Shown here: positions 39,376 to 49,649 of the stretch, in pieces | How the letters are laid out: each line of letters opens with the position of its first letter | Numbering within the stretch: the stretch's first letter is position 1 | Assembly (NCBI GenBank): GCA_963665325.3 | Contig: OZ224045.1 | Location: 1,632,001 to 1,696,000 of the forward strand | DNA: 64,000 nucleotides | Reading direction: 5' to 3' | DNA from: Alphaproteobacteria bacterium | GTDB taxonomy: Bacteria; Pseudomonadota; Alphaproteobacteria; Bin95 | Made by a program: the position numbers and the translations under genes | Notes under the pieces: model-generated | Told to the model about the DNA's origin: nothing | Seen by the model: only the letters and a program-made list of their open reading frames with translations | The model's database searches: none

Positions 39376-40096
39376 AGTCAGCGGCGTTGCAAAGACCTTC
39401 GGTGCGCTGAGGGCGCTCGACGGCGTCAGCCTTTCGGTCGTGTCCAACAGCTTTCACGGGCTCATCGGGCCAAACGGGTCCGGAAAGAGCACGCTGCTCA
39501 AGGCCATTGCCGGAGACCACTTTGCCGACAGCGGGCGCATCCGGTTTGACGGTCGCGACATCACGACAATGCGCCCGGCGCGGCGGTCCCGTCTCGGTCT
39601 GAGTCTCAAGTTCCAGATCACCGCCGTGCTGCCGGAGCTCTGCGTCTATGACAACGTCCTGCTGGCCCTCCAGGCCCACCTGTCGATCTGGGGGCTTCTC
39701 AGGTCGAACTCGCGGCGCGCACTGCACGGAGAAATCAGCGAAACGCTCGACAGGTTCCAGCTGCTCGACCGGGCAGACGACCTGGCGGGCGAGTTGAGCC
39801 ATGGGCAGCAACAATGGCTCGAGATCGCCATGGCGTTGATGCAGCGCCCGAAACTCCTGCTGCTCGATGAGCCCACCGGCGGGATGAGCCCGGAGGAACG
39901 CCGGGCCACCGGCGAATTGCTGGCCCCGATCCGCGCGCACTGTGCGATGGTGATCGTCGAGCATGATCTCGACTTCATCAAGGATATCTGTGACCGGCTG
40001 ACCGTCATGGACAATGGCCGGATCCTGGATGACGGCACCGTCGAGGAAATAGAACGCTCGGCAAGGGTTCAGGAGGTCTACACAACCCGTGTCTGA
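39362..40096 (+). CDS. ABC ATPase (LivG/UrtD-like)
   Basis: GPNGSGKS, LSHGQQQWLE, LLDEP and EHD. Confidence 0.92.
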   Translation: MALLEVSGVAKTFGALRALDGVSLSVVSNSFHGLIGPNGSGKSTLLKAIAGDHFADSGRIRFDGRDITTMRPARRSRLGLSLKFQITAVLPELCVYDNVLLALQAHLSIWGLLRSNSRRALHGEISETLDRFQLLDRADDLAGELSHGQQQWLEIAMALMQRPKLLLLDEPTGGMSPEERRATGELLAPIRAHCAMVIVEHDLDFIKDICDRLTVMDNGRILDDGTVEEIERSARVQEVYTTRV

Positions 40097-40790
40097 CGAG
40101 CCGCTTCTCCGTGTCGACGGGCTTTCCGCAGGCTATGGCCGCAGCCAGGTCCTGTTCAATGTCTCGATGACCGCTCCGCGCACCGGCGCGGTGGCCATCC
40201 TCGGGCGCAACGGCGCGGGGAAGACAACGCTTCTGAACACGCTGGTCGGCGAGATCACGCCGATGGGTGGCAGCATTGCGTTTGATGGCCAGGAGTGCGC
40301 CGGTGAGGGGACCGAACACCGGGTGCGACGGGGGCTCGGCTACGTCCCGCAGGAGCAGGCGATCTTCGGCTCGCTGACCGTTCGCGAGAACCTTGCGCTC
40401 GGCACAATGGCGCAGCCTGAGACAGTCAGCCTTGACATGGCCCTCGAGTTTTTCCCCAAGCTTGCCGAACGGCTAGGTCAGCAGGCCGGCACGCTGTCCG
40501 GCGGCGAACGCAAGATGCTGGCAATCAGCCGGGCGATCCTGGGCCGCCCGAGACTGCTTATGCTCGACGAACCCACCGAGGGTGTGTGGGTCGGGGTGAT
40601 CGAGGAGATCGCAGAGCGCCTGCAGCGCCTCGCGCGCGAGATCAGCCTGGTCATCGTTGAACAGCACGTGGAACTGGCGCTGCGCGTCACTGACCACGCC
40701 TATGTCATGGACCGGGGCACCGTGGCGCTCGACGGGCCCTCGGCAGAAATCCGCAACGACCCGGACCTGGTGCGCTACCTCGCGCCGTAG
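40089..40790 (+). CDS. ABC ATPase (LivF/UrtE-like)
   Basis: GRNGAGKT, LSGGE and LDEPTEG. Confidence 0.92.
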   Translation: MSDEPLLRVDGLSAGYGRSQVLFNVSMTAPRTGAVAILGRNGAGKTTLLNTLVGEITPMGGSIAFDGQECAGEGTEHRVRRGLGYVPQEQAIFGSLTVRENLALGTMAQPETVSLDMALEFFPKLAERLGQQAGTLSGGERKMLAISRAILGRPRLLMLDEPTEGVWVGVIEEIAERLQRLAREISLVIVEQHVELALRVTDHAYVMDRGTVALDGPSAEIRNDPDLVRYLAP

Positions 40791-40913
40791 GACTGCGACG
40801 CGGCTGCCCGCAAGAACCACGGCCGAAGGGAACTGCACGCCGCTAGCATCCGGAAGGAACCGGTTGCCAGCAAGAAGGACCGATCTGACCTGAGCCGGCA
40901 CTGCGAGGCGGTA

Positions 40914-41768
40914 ATGGAGTGTACGATTGTAGATGTCTTTGCGGAGACGCCGTTGTCAGGCAACCAGCTGGCAGTGATTCGTGGTGCGAGTGATCTGGAC
41001 ACCGCCGCAATGCAGGCCATCGCACTGGAGATGAACTTCTCGGAGTCCTCGTTTGTCGTGAACGAACGGTCCGGGGAGGCGCGGGTGAGAATATTCACTC
41101 CGACCCGTGAGCTTCCGTTTGCCGGGCATCCGACCCTTGGAACGGCCTGGGTGCTGGGCCACGACCGTGATTCCTACAGCCTGCACCTCCGGGCCGGGTG
41201 CGTGCAGGTGACGTTCGAAGCGGGCGGTATTGCCTGGATGAAACCTCCGCCCGTCAAGCAGGGCGAAACTCTGGACGTACGATCGGCCGCCGCGTTGCTT
41301 GGATTGTCGCCGGACGATATCGATACGCGCTACCCTTGCGGGTTTGCCACGGTCGGACCGCGTTTCGCGCTCATCAGCGTCAACGGCCTCGACGTCCTGC
41401 GGCGCGCGAGGGTCCGATCCGACGCGTACACCGATCTCCTGGGAAGCAGCGAGATCGGCGTATTTGCCTTTACCGAGGGCGCCTACAGCGTCGACGCCCA
41501 CTTTGCCGCGCGCATGTACCACCACCGTGGACTGCGGGAAGACCCTGCAACCGGAAGTGCCAATACGGCGTTCGCCGCGCATATTCGCTCGCTAGGCGTG
41601 CGCGGCAACATCGTGGTCGAGCAGGGCTTCGAGATCGGTCGTCCGTCCCGGTTGTACCTGGACATCGCCGAGACCATCCGCGTCGGCGGAAAGGTCCGTC
41701 CGGTGATGACCGGTCGTTTCGACCCTGGCTGCGTCGATGCCGCCACTTCCGCAGGGACCGGACCGTGA
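40914..41768 (+). CDS. PhzF-family protein
   Basis: VDVF...GNQLAV, EMNFSES, ELPFAGHP, EDPATGSA and EQG.E.GRPS. Confidence 0.92.
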   Translation: MECTIVDVFAETPLSGNQLAVIRGASDLDTAAMQAIALEMNFSESSFVVNERSGEARVRIFTPTRELPFAGHPTLGTAWVLGHDRDSYSLHLRAGCVQVTFEAGGIAWMKPPPVKQGETLDVRSAAALLGLSPDDIDTRYPCGFATVGPRFALISVNGLDVLRRARVRSDAYTDLLGSSEIGVFAFTEGAYSVDAHFAARMYHHRGLREDPATGSANTAFAAHIRSLGVRGNIVVEQGFEIGRPSRLYLDIAETIRVGGKVRPVMTGRFDPGCVDAATSAGTGP

Positions 41769-41879
41769 GAGGCCTGTCGAGCCGGCAGGTGGCAACCTGT
41801 TGCACTGACCGGGACCATGCCCTGCCACAGGGATACTGATGTGGGTGTCGCCAGGCAGGAAGCTGTACCCGAAGCGCGT

Positions 41880-42270
41880 TCGCGGCGGGAACCACGGTTC
41901 AGCAGCGGACAGTCTGGCTGCCGTGGCGGGGCTATAACGCCCACCGCGGGCCGGACTGCCGGGTGCTGTCGGCAGCGGCGCTGCAGGCCTGCATGGCGAC
42001 CGCAGCGCCCCTGCACCCCGCCTGGAACCGCTGCTCGCCGGCCGTCCGCAAGCTGCATGCCAGGAACGCCGCGGTGCTCGGATTGACGCTGGATCGGCCG
42101 GTCGATGCGGTCGCGTGCTGGACTGCCATGGGACGGGACAGGGCGGGACGGGCATGGCCATTCGCATCGCCGAGGCCCGTGCCATCCCGGTGCTCAATCT
42201 CCGATCGATGGCGCCGCGGGCCGTCTGCGAGCGCCTGGCCGCGATCCACCGCGCCGTCCATCCGTCGTAG
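41880..42270 (+). pseudogene. Frameshifted remnant of a DprA/SLOG-like protein
   Basis: Pieces in different frames: WLPWRGYN; LHPAWNRCSPAVRKLHARNAAVLGLTLDRPVDAVACWT; GGTGMAIRIAEARAIPVLNL. Confidence 0.55.
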
Positions 42271-42383
42271 AGGAAGAGAGGAGCGCCTGTCGGGCAAGTG
42301 CCCGGCAGGCCGGAGGGAGTGGTCCCCCGCGCCGATGCCGGGCAGGGCAACGGCAAAGGAGTTCCCGCCATGTTTCGTCGCGA

Positions 42384-42503
42384 GTAAGCGGTGTGAGCGG
42401 AGCACCCGGATTTCAGCTTGACGAGGTCGGAACGCTCCAGGGCAGGAGCTCGTCGATGCGGCTGTTTGGATGGCCGGCGGCGATGGCTTCGAGGGTGGCC
42501 TTT
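42384..42503 (-). mobile_element. IS66 right-end remnant (tnpC 3' end and terminus)
   Basis: KATLEAIAAGHPNSRIDELLPW on the minus strand; GTAAGCG terminus at 42384. Confidence 0.75.
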
Positions 42504-42546
42504 GGCCCTGGCGAGACCTTCGCGCGTGCGTTCGGAGATGAGGTCG

Positions 42547-43983
42547 CTACGCCATTAGGTCGATGAGATTCGGGCGCGGCCTGCGCCGGGCAGGCAGGCT
42601 GCCGGCGATGTAACGCTCGAGCGCCGCGGCAACGCCGAGCAGTTCGCGATCACCATAGCGTTTGCCGGAGACCTGCAACCCAAACGGCGCGCCGGTTGGG
42701 TCGAGGCCGCAGGGCAACGTCACTGCCGGATGCGCGGTCAAGGTGATGCCGTAAGTGAGGCCCAGCCAGTGGAAATAGCTCCTCAGTTCCTCGCCGCTAA
42801 TGTGTGTCGGGTAGAGCTGTTCGACGGGGAAGGGCGGCACAGCCGCGGTCGGCGACAGGAGGATGTCGAACTCCTCCATGAAGTTGAGGAAATCGCGGTA
42901 GAGCCGGTTCTGCCGGGCCTGCGCGAAGGCCGCATCGGCGAAGGAATAGCCGCGCGCCTGCTCCATGTTGGCGACCAGGTTTGGGCCGAGCAATTCGGGC
43001 CGGTTCTCGTAGTGATCGATGAAGCCCGTGTAGAAGGACATCGCGCGCAGAATCTCGAAGATTTCATTGCTGCCTTCGAGCGGCGGATCGACCTCGACTG
43101 TCTCGCGGAAGCAGCTCTTCAGATCGGCGACGGCCGCATTGAAGGTTTCGCGGATACGCGTATCCACCGGCGCGAAACCGAGATCGGCCGAGACCGCTAC
43201 GCGCAAACTGCCGAGATCGATCTCGGGCGGCGTTGCGAGCGCCGTCGGGTCGACCGGGTATGAGAGCGGGTCCACGGGATCGTAACCGGCGATCGCCGAG
43301 AACATCAGTGCCGTATCCGCGACATCCCGGCCCATCGGTCCTTGCACCGAGATCGGCGTGTAGCCGATGCCGCGCCGCGACATCGGCACGAGACCCGGGC
43401 TCGGCCGGAAGCCGATGACGCCGCAATAGGCTGCAGGCGTCCTGAGCGAGCCGCCGGTGTCGGAGCCGGTGGCCAACGGCGCCATGTCGCAGGCCAATGC
43501 CACTGCCGAGCCGCCGGACGAGCCGCCGCAGATCCGTGTCGGGTCGAACGGATTGCCGGTCGGCCCGAAGACCGGGTTTCTGGTGTTAGCGCCGGCGCCG
43601 AACTCGGGAACGTTGGTCTTGCCTACCGTGATCGCGCCGGCCTTGCGCACTGCCGCCACCAGCCGTTCATCCTCTTCCGGCACATTGTCGGCGAAGATCG
43701 GGCTGCCGAAGGTTGTCCGCACGCCCCCCGAGACCATCGTCTCCTTGATGCCGATCGGCAGTCCGTGGAGCGGTCCGAGAGCTTCTCCGGACAGCACCGC
43801 GCTCTCGGCGGCGCGGGCCTCTTCTTCCGCGCGTTCCCAGCAGAAGGTGACGAAGGCGTTGAGGCGCGGATTCACCGCCTCGATCCGCGACCGGCAGCTT
43901 TGCAGGAGCTCGACGGGGGAGATTTCCCGGGCGCCGATCATCCGCCGGAGCTCGACGGCAGAGAGTTCGCAGAGTTCGTCCAT
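42547..43983 (-). CDS. Amidase signature enzyme
   Basis: GLPIGIKE, GKTNVPEF, GGSSGGS and GSDTGGSLRTP. Confidence 0.93.
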   Translation of the reverse strand: MDELCELSAVELRRMIGAREISPVELLQSCRSRIEAVNPRLNAFVTFCWERAEEEARAAESAVLSGEALGPLHGLPIGIKETMVSGGVRTTFGSPIFADNVPEEDERLVAAVRKAGAITVGKTNVPEFGAGANTRNPVFGPTGNPFDPTRICGGSSGGSAVALACDMAPLATGSDTGGSLRTPAAYCGVIGFRPSPGLVPMSRRGIGYTPISVQGPMGRDVADTALMFSAIAGYDPVDPLSYPVDPTALATPPEIDLGSLRVAVSADLGFAPVDTRIRETFNAAVADLKSCFRETVEVDPPLEGSNEIFEILRAMSFYTGFIDHYENRPELLGPNLVANMEQARGYSFADAAFAQARQNRLYRDFLNFMEEFDILLSPTAAVPPFPVEQLYPTHISGEELRSYFHWLGLTYGITLTAHPAVTLPCGLDPTGAPFGLQVSGKRYGDRELLGVAAALERYIAGSLPARRRPRPNLIDLMA

Positions 43984-44966
43984 TATCGGACCTCGCCGGT
44001 TTCCATGGCCGGATCGAACAGGTGGCACTCCACCATCGCGCCGCCGACCTTCATGTTTTTCGGCGCCTTGCCGGCGCACATATCGCGCTTGTGTATGCAG
44101 CGCGGATGGAAGGTGCAGCCGGAGGGCGGGTCGATTGGGTTCGGGAAGGTTGCGCCGAGATGGGCGTCCGGCACGCCAAGCTCGGGCTCGGGTGTAAGCA
44201 CCGAGTTCAGGAGCGCCTGGGTATAGGGATGCCGAGGCTCACCGAACAGCGTCTTGTTGTCGGTCTCCTCGATGATCCGGCCGAGATACATCACGGCAAC
44301 CCGCGTTGCGATGTGCTCGACCACCGCCAGGTTGTGGCTGATCAATACGTATGTCAGGTCGAATTCGCGGCGCAGGTCGAGGAGCAGGTTGAGAATCTGG
44401 CTCTGCACCGAGACGTCGAGCGCCGAGGTCGGCTCGTCGCAGATCACCACTTCGGGCCGCATGACCAGCGCGCGAGCTATTGCGACGCGCTGGCGCTGAC
44501 CGCCGGACAGTTGGTTCGGGTAACTGTCGTAAGCGCGGGACGGCAGGCCGCAGAGGTCCATGATCCGCCTGACCTCGCGCTCCCAGTCGCCCGGTCCGCC
44601 GACGCCGTGGACGCGCAGGGGCAGCGAGATGATCGAAGCGACGGACTTCCGGGGATTGAGAGAGGAATAGGGGTCCTGAAAGATCGGCTGAATGCGGCGC
44701 GCGACCTGCCTGCGGCCGAGGGAAGAGAGCGGCTCGCCATCGACCAGAATATCGCCCGAGGCCGGTGCCAGCAGGCCGAGCATCATCTTGGCGAGCGTGG
44801 ACTTACCGCAGCCGGACTCGCCTACCAGCCCCAGCACCTCGCCCTTGGCGATTTTCACCGAGACACCGTTGACAGCGGTCAGCGGACGCTTCGGGTGGAA
44901 TATGCCCTGGCGGACCCTGAAGACGCAGGTGAGATCGCGAGTTTCGAGGATCGGCTGCACGGTCAC
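43983..44966 (-). CDS. Oligopeptide/dipeptide ABC ATPase (OppF/DppF-like)
   Basis: GESGCGKS, LSGGQRQR, HPYT and C-terminal Cys motif. Confidence 0.93.
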   Translation of the reverse strand: MTVQPILETRDLTCVFRVRQGIFHPKRPLTAVNGVSVKIAKGEVLGLVGESGCGKSTLAKMMLGLLAPASGDILVDGEPLSSLGRRQVARRIQPIFQDPYSSLNPRKSVASIISLPLRVHGVGGPGDWEREVRRIMDLCGLPSRAYDSYPNQLSGGQRQRVAIARALVMRPEVVICDEPTSALDVSVQSQILNLLLDLRREFDLTYVLISHNLAVVEHIATRVAVMYLGRIIEETDNKTLFGEPRHPYTQALLNSVLTPEPELGVPDAHLGATFPNPIDPPSGCTFHPRCIHKRDMCAGKAPKNMKVGGAMVECHLFDPAMETGEVR

Positions 44967-45976
44967 TGCCCGGCTTCCCTTCTGTCGAGGTCATCCGGGT
45001 CGAAGACGCAGCGCACCGACCGGCCCGGGCCGATCTCGCGGGACGGCACCGTCTTGCGGCAGCGCTCAATGGCGTGTTCGCACCGGTTTGCGAAGGCACA
45101 GCCTTTGATCTCGCCTATCAGCGACGGGACGATACCGGGAATCGAACCGAGATACTCGCCGGGCTCGGTGCGCCCGGGCACCGGGATGCAGCGCAGGAGG
45201 CCGCGTGTATAGGGGTGGCGGGGGTCGGAGAAGATTTCCTTGCCCGTGCCGGTCTCGACGATCTCGCCCGCGTACATCACCGCCACCCGGTCCGCAATGC
45301 GCGCTACCACGCCGAGATCGTGGGTAATGAGCATGACCGCCATCTGGAACTCGCGCTGGAGTTCCTTCAGGAGGTGCAGAATCTGCGCCTGGATGGTGAC
45401 ATCGAGCGCGGTTGTCGGCTCGTCGCAGATCAGAAGGTCCGGTCCGCACATCAGCGCCATCGCAATCATCACCCTCTGGCGAAGCCCTCCGGAGAGCTGG
45501 TGCGGGTACTGTCCCAACCGGCTGGCCGCCGCGGTGATGCCGACCTTCTCCAGGAGGAACATGGCTCGCTCGCGGGCCTCCCTCCGGCCGACATTGCGGT
45601 GCCGGAGCAGCGCCTCCACGAGCTGGTTGCCGATCGTGTAGGCCGGGTTCAGCGAAGTCATCGGCTCCTGGAAGATCATCGCCATCTTCAGCCCGCGCAC
45701 ATCCGACATCCTGCTCTCGCTGAGCGCGCTCAGGTCCTCGCCGTCAAGCTCCAGACAACCGGCCATCCGGATGGCGCCGGACGGCAACAGGTTCATCAGC
45801 GCTAGCGAGGTCAACGACTTGCCGCAGCCCGACTCGCCCACGATGCAGACCGTCTCGCCCTGATCGACATGGAAGCTAACGTCGCGCACGGGGTGCAGCG
45901 TTCCGGCCATCAGCGGGATGGACACGGACAGATTCTCGACCCGGAGGGTGACAGGGGTATGATCGATCGCAACCAT
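44963..45976 (-). CDS. Oligopeptide/dipeptide ABC ATPase (OppD/DppD-like)
   Basis: GESGCGKS, FQEPMTSLNP and LSGGLRQR. Confidence 0.93.
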   Translation of the reverse strand: MVAIDHTPVTLRVENLSVSIPLMAGTLHPVRDVSFHVDQGETVCIVGESGCGKSLTSLALMNLLPSGAIRMAGCLELDGEDLSALSESRMSDVRGLKMAMIFQEPMTSLNPAYTIGNQLVEALLRHRNVGRREARERAMFLLEKVGITAAASRLGQYPHQLSGGLRQRVMIAMALMCGPDLLICDEPTTALDVTIQAQILHLLKELQREFQMAVMLITHDLGVVARIADRVAVMYAGEIVETGTGKEIFSDPRHPYTRGLLRCIPVPGRTEPGEYLGSIPGIVPSLIGEIKGCAFANRCEHAIERCRKTVPSREIGPGRSVRCVFDPDDLDRREAGQ

Positions 45977-45981
45977 CGGCG

Positions 45982-46896
45982 CTACCCGCGACTCTCGGGC
46001 GCGGTAACGTCCCGCGCGCCGTCGCCGAGCATATTGACCGCGAGAAGGAGCAGGAACAGCGCCGCTCCCGGGATCGCGATCAGCCAGGGATCGAACAGGA
46101 TGTAATTCCGTCCTTCCGAGACCATCAGTCCCCAGGACGGCAAGGGCGGCTGCACGCCGAGGCCGAGAAAGCTGAGCGCTGCCTCCAGAAGCACCGCATG
46201 GGCGAATTCCAGCGTTGCAACTACGATCAGCTGGTTCATCACGTTCGGCAGGATCTCGCGACTCAGGATGTACCAGGTCGAGCAGCCTGCTGCCTGCGCC
46301 GCGGCAACATAATCGAGCGCCCGTACCTGAAGCGTGCTGGCCCGCATCACCACCGCGTAGCGGTCCCAGAGGAGGAGGCCGAGGACCAGGACCACGATCT
46401 CAAGCGAGCCGCCGATCAACGCGACGACAGCGAGGCTGACCAGGATCACGGGCAGTGACAGGCGGCAGGTTATGAGGAAGGTGACGAATAGATCGATCCG
46501 CCCGCCGAAATAGCCTGCCGCCACCCCCATGACAGTGCCGATGACGCCTGAGATGATCGCCGCCAGGAAACCGATCGTCAGACTGATCCGGGCGCCGTAG
46601 ATCAGCCGGCTGAGATAGTCGCGGCCATTCTGGTCGGTGCCGAAAAAGTGCATCCAAGAGCCGCCCTCGTACCAGACCGGCGGCAGCAAGCGCTCATCCA
46701 GCACCTGGGCGTAGGGGTCGTAGGGCGCAATCAGCGGTGCGGCGAGAGCCATCAGGACGATCAGCCCGAGGACGATCCCCCCGATGACGATGCCTCGGTG
46801 GCCAAGCACGCGGCGGCGCATCCGCTGCCCCGGCGTCGGTCCGACGATCTCTGCTGGATCGGGCAGCGAGCGCATGACGATGCTCATGTCAGCCAA
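45982..46896 (-). CDS. Oligopeptide ABC permease (OppC/DppC-like)
   Basis: FGTDQNGRD, ILPN and EAALSFLGLG. Confidence 0.92.
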   Translation of the reverse strand: MADMSIVMRSLPDPAEIVGPTPGQRMRRRVLGHRGIVIGGIVLGLIVLMALAAPLIAPYDPYAQVLDERLLPPVWYEGGSWMHFFGTDQNGRDYLSRLIYGARISLTIGFLAAIISGVIGTVMGVAAGYFGGRIDLFVTFLITCRLSLPVILVSLAVVALIGGSLEIVVLVLGLLLWDRYAVVMRASTLQVRALDYVAAAQAAGCSTWYILSREILPNVMNQLIVVATLEFAHAVLLEAALSFLGLGVQPPLPSWGLMVSEGRNYILFDPWLIAIPGAALFLLLLAVNMLGDGARDVTAPESRG

Positions 46897-47806
46897 CCCG
46901 GATGCGCGGATCGAGCCAGGCGTTCAGCAGGTCCGCCAGGAAGGTAAGGAAGATGTAGAAGAGCGCGAACAGGAGCAGCACCGCCTGCACAGTCGGGAAG
47001 TCGGAGCGTGAGATCGACTCCCAAGCCAGGTAACCCGCCCCGTGCAGCGCGAACACCGTCTCGATGATGACCGATCCGCCGAGCATGAAGCCGAACTGCA
47101 CGGCGCCGAGGCTGACCACCGGGATGATCGCATTGCGGAGCGCGTGCTTGAAGAGCACCTTCAGGGGCCGGAGCCCCTTGGCCCGCGCAGTGCGGATGTA
47201 GTCGGAATGCAGCACGTCCAGCATGCCTGTGCGCGTCAACCGCATGAACGCAGGCGTCGCGTAGTAGCCGAGCACGATCGTCGGCAGGATGAAGTTCTGC
47301 CATCCGTCCGAGCCCGAAGCGGGTAGGATCGGCCAGGTGAAGGCGAAGAGGACGATCAGCATCAGCGCGAACCAGAAGCTGGGCATCGCCTGACCAACCA
47401 CCGCAAGAAACAGCGCCGTTCGGTCGACTGCGCTGTTCGGGTACATCGCCGCCAGCACACCCAGCGGAATGGACAGGACGATGGCGAAGGAGATGGCGCA
47501 CACGCCCAATGTCATTGTCGTCGGCAGGCGTTCGGCGATGAGATCGGAGACGGGCAGACGGAAATAGATCGACTTGCCGAAGTCTCCTTGCACCGCATTA
47601 CCCAGCCAAGAAATATATTGCAGCCAGATCGGCCGGTCGAAACCGTAAGCCTTACGGATTGCCTCGATATCGGTGTCGGTCGCGTTCTCGCCGGCGAGCG
47701 CGGTCGCCGGGTCGCCCGTCATGTACAGGAGGCTGAACACCAAGGCCGAGACCACCAGCGAGACCAGGAGTGCCAGCAGAATGCGCTTGAACGTGTAGAG
47801 AAGCAT
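46889..47806 (-). CDS. Oligopeptide ABC permease (OppB/DppB-like)
   Basis: GDP, GDFGKS, TARAKG and HALRNA. Confidence 0.93.
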   Translation of the reverse strand: MLLYTFKRILLALLVSLVVSALVFSLLYMTGDPATALAGENATDTDIEAIRKAYGFDRPIWLQYISWLGNAVQGDFGKSIYFRLPVSDLIAERLPTTMTLGVCAISFAIVLSIPLGVLAAMYPNSAVDRTALFLAVVGQAMPSFWFALMLIVLFAFTWPILPASGSDGWQNFILPTIVLGYYATPAFMRLTRTGMLDVLHSDYIRTARAKGLRPLKVLFKHALRNAIIPVVSLGAVQFGFMLGGSVIIETVFALHGAGYLAWESISRSDFPTVQAVLLLFALFYIFLTFLADLLNAWLDPRIRVG

Positions 47807-47860
47807 CGGAACCGGCTGCCCGAAAGGACGGACCGCCGCCGGAGCGGCGGCCCGTTCAGC

Positions 47861-49402
47861 CTATTGCCAGGACGCGGTGAAGAACCGCGGGATTTCATCC
47901 GCCGTCGGCGTCCAGTTCAGGTCCTTCGTCATGGCGTAGTTGGTCGGCCAGGTGAAAAGCGGTACCCAGTAGACTCGGTCGGCGATCTTTCCGAGAGCCT
48001 TGGTATAAGCGGCCTGACGGACTTCCCGGTTCATCGTCGAGCCGCCTTCCTTCAGCCATGCCTGCACCTCAGCGTCCTGATAAGTGTCGTCCGCGCCGCC
48101 GCCGAAAAAGTAGGTCGTGATCGCGTCGACATCCGGCACCGAGCCCGACCCCCAGGTCATGAACGCGAAGGGCACCTTGCCGCCGCGGATCGCATCGCGC
48201 GTCGCGGCGTATTTGCCGTAGCGAAGGTCGGTCTTGATGCCGACCGCGGAAAGGTAGCCGATCATCGGCTCCAGATAGTTGCGGTCGCGATAGGCGTAAA
48301 TCGGCGTCGAGAAGCCGTCCGGGTAACCCGCCTCGGCCAACAGCGCCTTGGCCTTCTCGACGTCGTAATCGTAGCGGGCGACATCCTGGGTGCAGCCGAA
48401 CTGTTCAGGATAGCATGCCGAGTGCACCACAACGGACCCGCCCTGCACGATGTTGTCGGCGATCGCCTGGCGGTCGATGGCGTGCGCGACGGCCTTGCGG
48501 ACGCGGACATCCTGGAAGGGGTTTTCGCCCGACCGGCCGGCTGCATCGAATGTGATGTAGCCGATCCGCATGGTCGATGCTGCCTTCACCTGAAGGTCGC
48601 CCATGCTCTCCAGACGATTGGCTTGGTCGGCCGGCACCTTGAATATCCAGTCGAGCTTGCCCGAGGCGAGCTCGATGATCTGGGTGTTTACGTCTGGAAT
48701 AGTGCGCTGGACGATCTTTCCGATCTGCGGCTGGCCCTTCGGGCTCCCTGCGAAATAATCGGGGAATTTCTCGAAGACGATGCGTTTGCCGGGCTCGACC
48801 TCCGTCACCATGTAGGGGCCGGTGCCCACAGGCTTCAGGCCCATGCCCTCTGGCCCGACCTCGGCATAGTAGTCCTTCGGGTAGATGGGAATATCGCCGG
48901 CGATGTACAGCAGTGCGAGCGGCGTCGTTTCCTTGGCGTGGACGCGCACGCTCATCGGGCCGGTCTTCTCGACGCTGGCGATCCAGTCGATCTGCTGGGA
49001 AATCAGTTTGGTGGAGCCCGGCTGCAACAGGAACTCGACGGTCGCCACCACATCCTCCGCCGTCAGGTCGGTGCCGTTGTGGAATTTCACACCCTCGCGC
49101 AGGACGAAATCGAACGTCTTGTCATCGACTACCTCGTAGCTTTCGGCGAGCAGCGGTTCGAATGCGCCGGACTTCGGGTCGCGCCAGATCAGCGTGTCCC
49201 AGACCAGACGGTTGACGATGATGCCCTCGCGCGCGTTCTGGAAGTAATAATCCAGCGTCGGTTGCTCGCGGCCCCAGGCGATATTCAGCGTATCGTCCGC
49301 CTTGCCGGCCATGGCCGGCCCGTGAATCCACACCGTTGCCGCGACCGCAATCGTCATCAGCAAGCGGGTCAGTCCTCCCTTTCGGGCCGAGATCCTCTTC
49401 AT
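47861..49402 (-). CDS. Family 5 (OppA/DppA-like) substrate-binding protein
   Basis: Signal peptide, LREGVKFHNG, PVGTGPY and VRKAVAHAIDR. Confidence 0.93.
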   Translation of the reverse strand: MKRISARKGGLTRLLMTIAVAATVWIHGPAMAGKADDTLNIAWGREQPTLDYYFQNAREGIIVNRLVWDTLIWRDPKSGAFEPLLAESYEVVDDKTFDFVLREGVKFHNGTDLTAEDVVATVEFLLQPGSTKLISQQIDWIASVEKTGPMSVRVHAKETTPLALLYIAGDIPIYPKDYYAEVGPEGMGLKPVGTGPYMVTEVEPGKRIVFEKFPDYFAGSPKGQPQIGKIVQRTIPDVNTQIIELASGKLDWIFKVPADQANRLESMGDLQVKAASTMRIGYITFDAAGRSGENPFQDVRVRKAVAHAIDRQAIADNIVQGGSVVVHSACYPEQFGCTQDVARYDYDVEKAKALLAEAGYPDGFSTPIYAYRDRNYLEPMIGYLSAVGIKTDLRYGKYAATRDAIRGGKVPFAFMTWGSGSVPDVDAITTYFFGGGADDTYQDAEVQAWLKEGGSTMNREVRQAAYTKALGKIADRVYWVPLFTWPTNYAMTKDLNWTPTADEIPRFFTASWQ

Positions 49403-49649
49403 GCGTTTTCTCCCCTGTTTCCCGATTGGCCACGACGCCAACGCTTCTCGCCCCGCGGAGCCAATCTACTGCCCGCCTCGACTGGGCGCGAATGCCCGTG
49501 CCGCAACATTGCCGCCGTTCGAGGCTGCCCGATGGAAGCCTCCGCAGGATCATCTGCCGAACGTATTAGTGCATACTCGGCCTCCGGTCCATTTCGCCAA
49601 TCGTTTCCGGGCCCAGTCGGGCTGGAGTGGGTCCCTGGGGCCGGACAGT

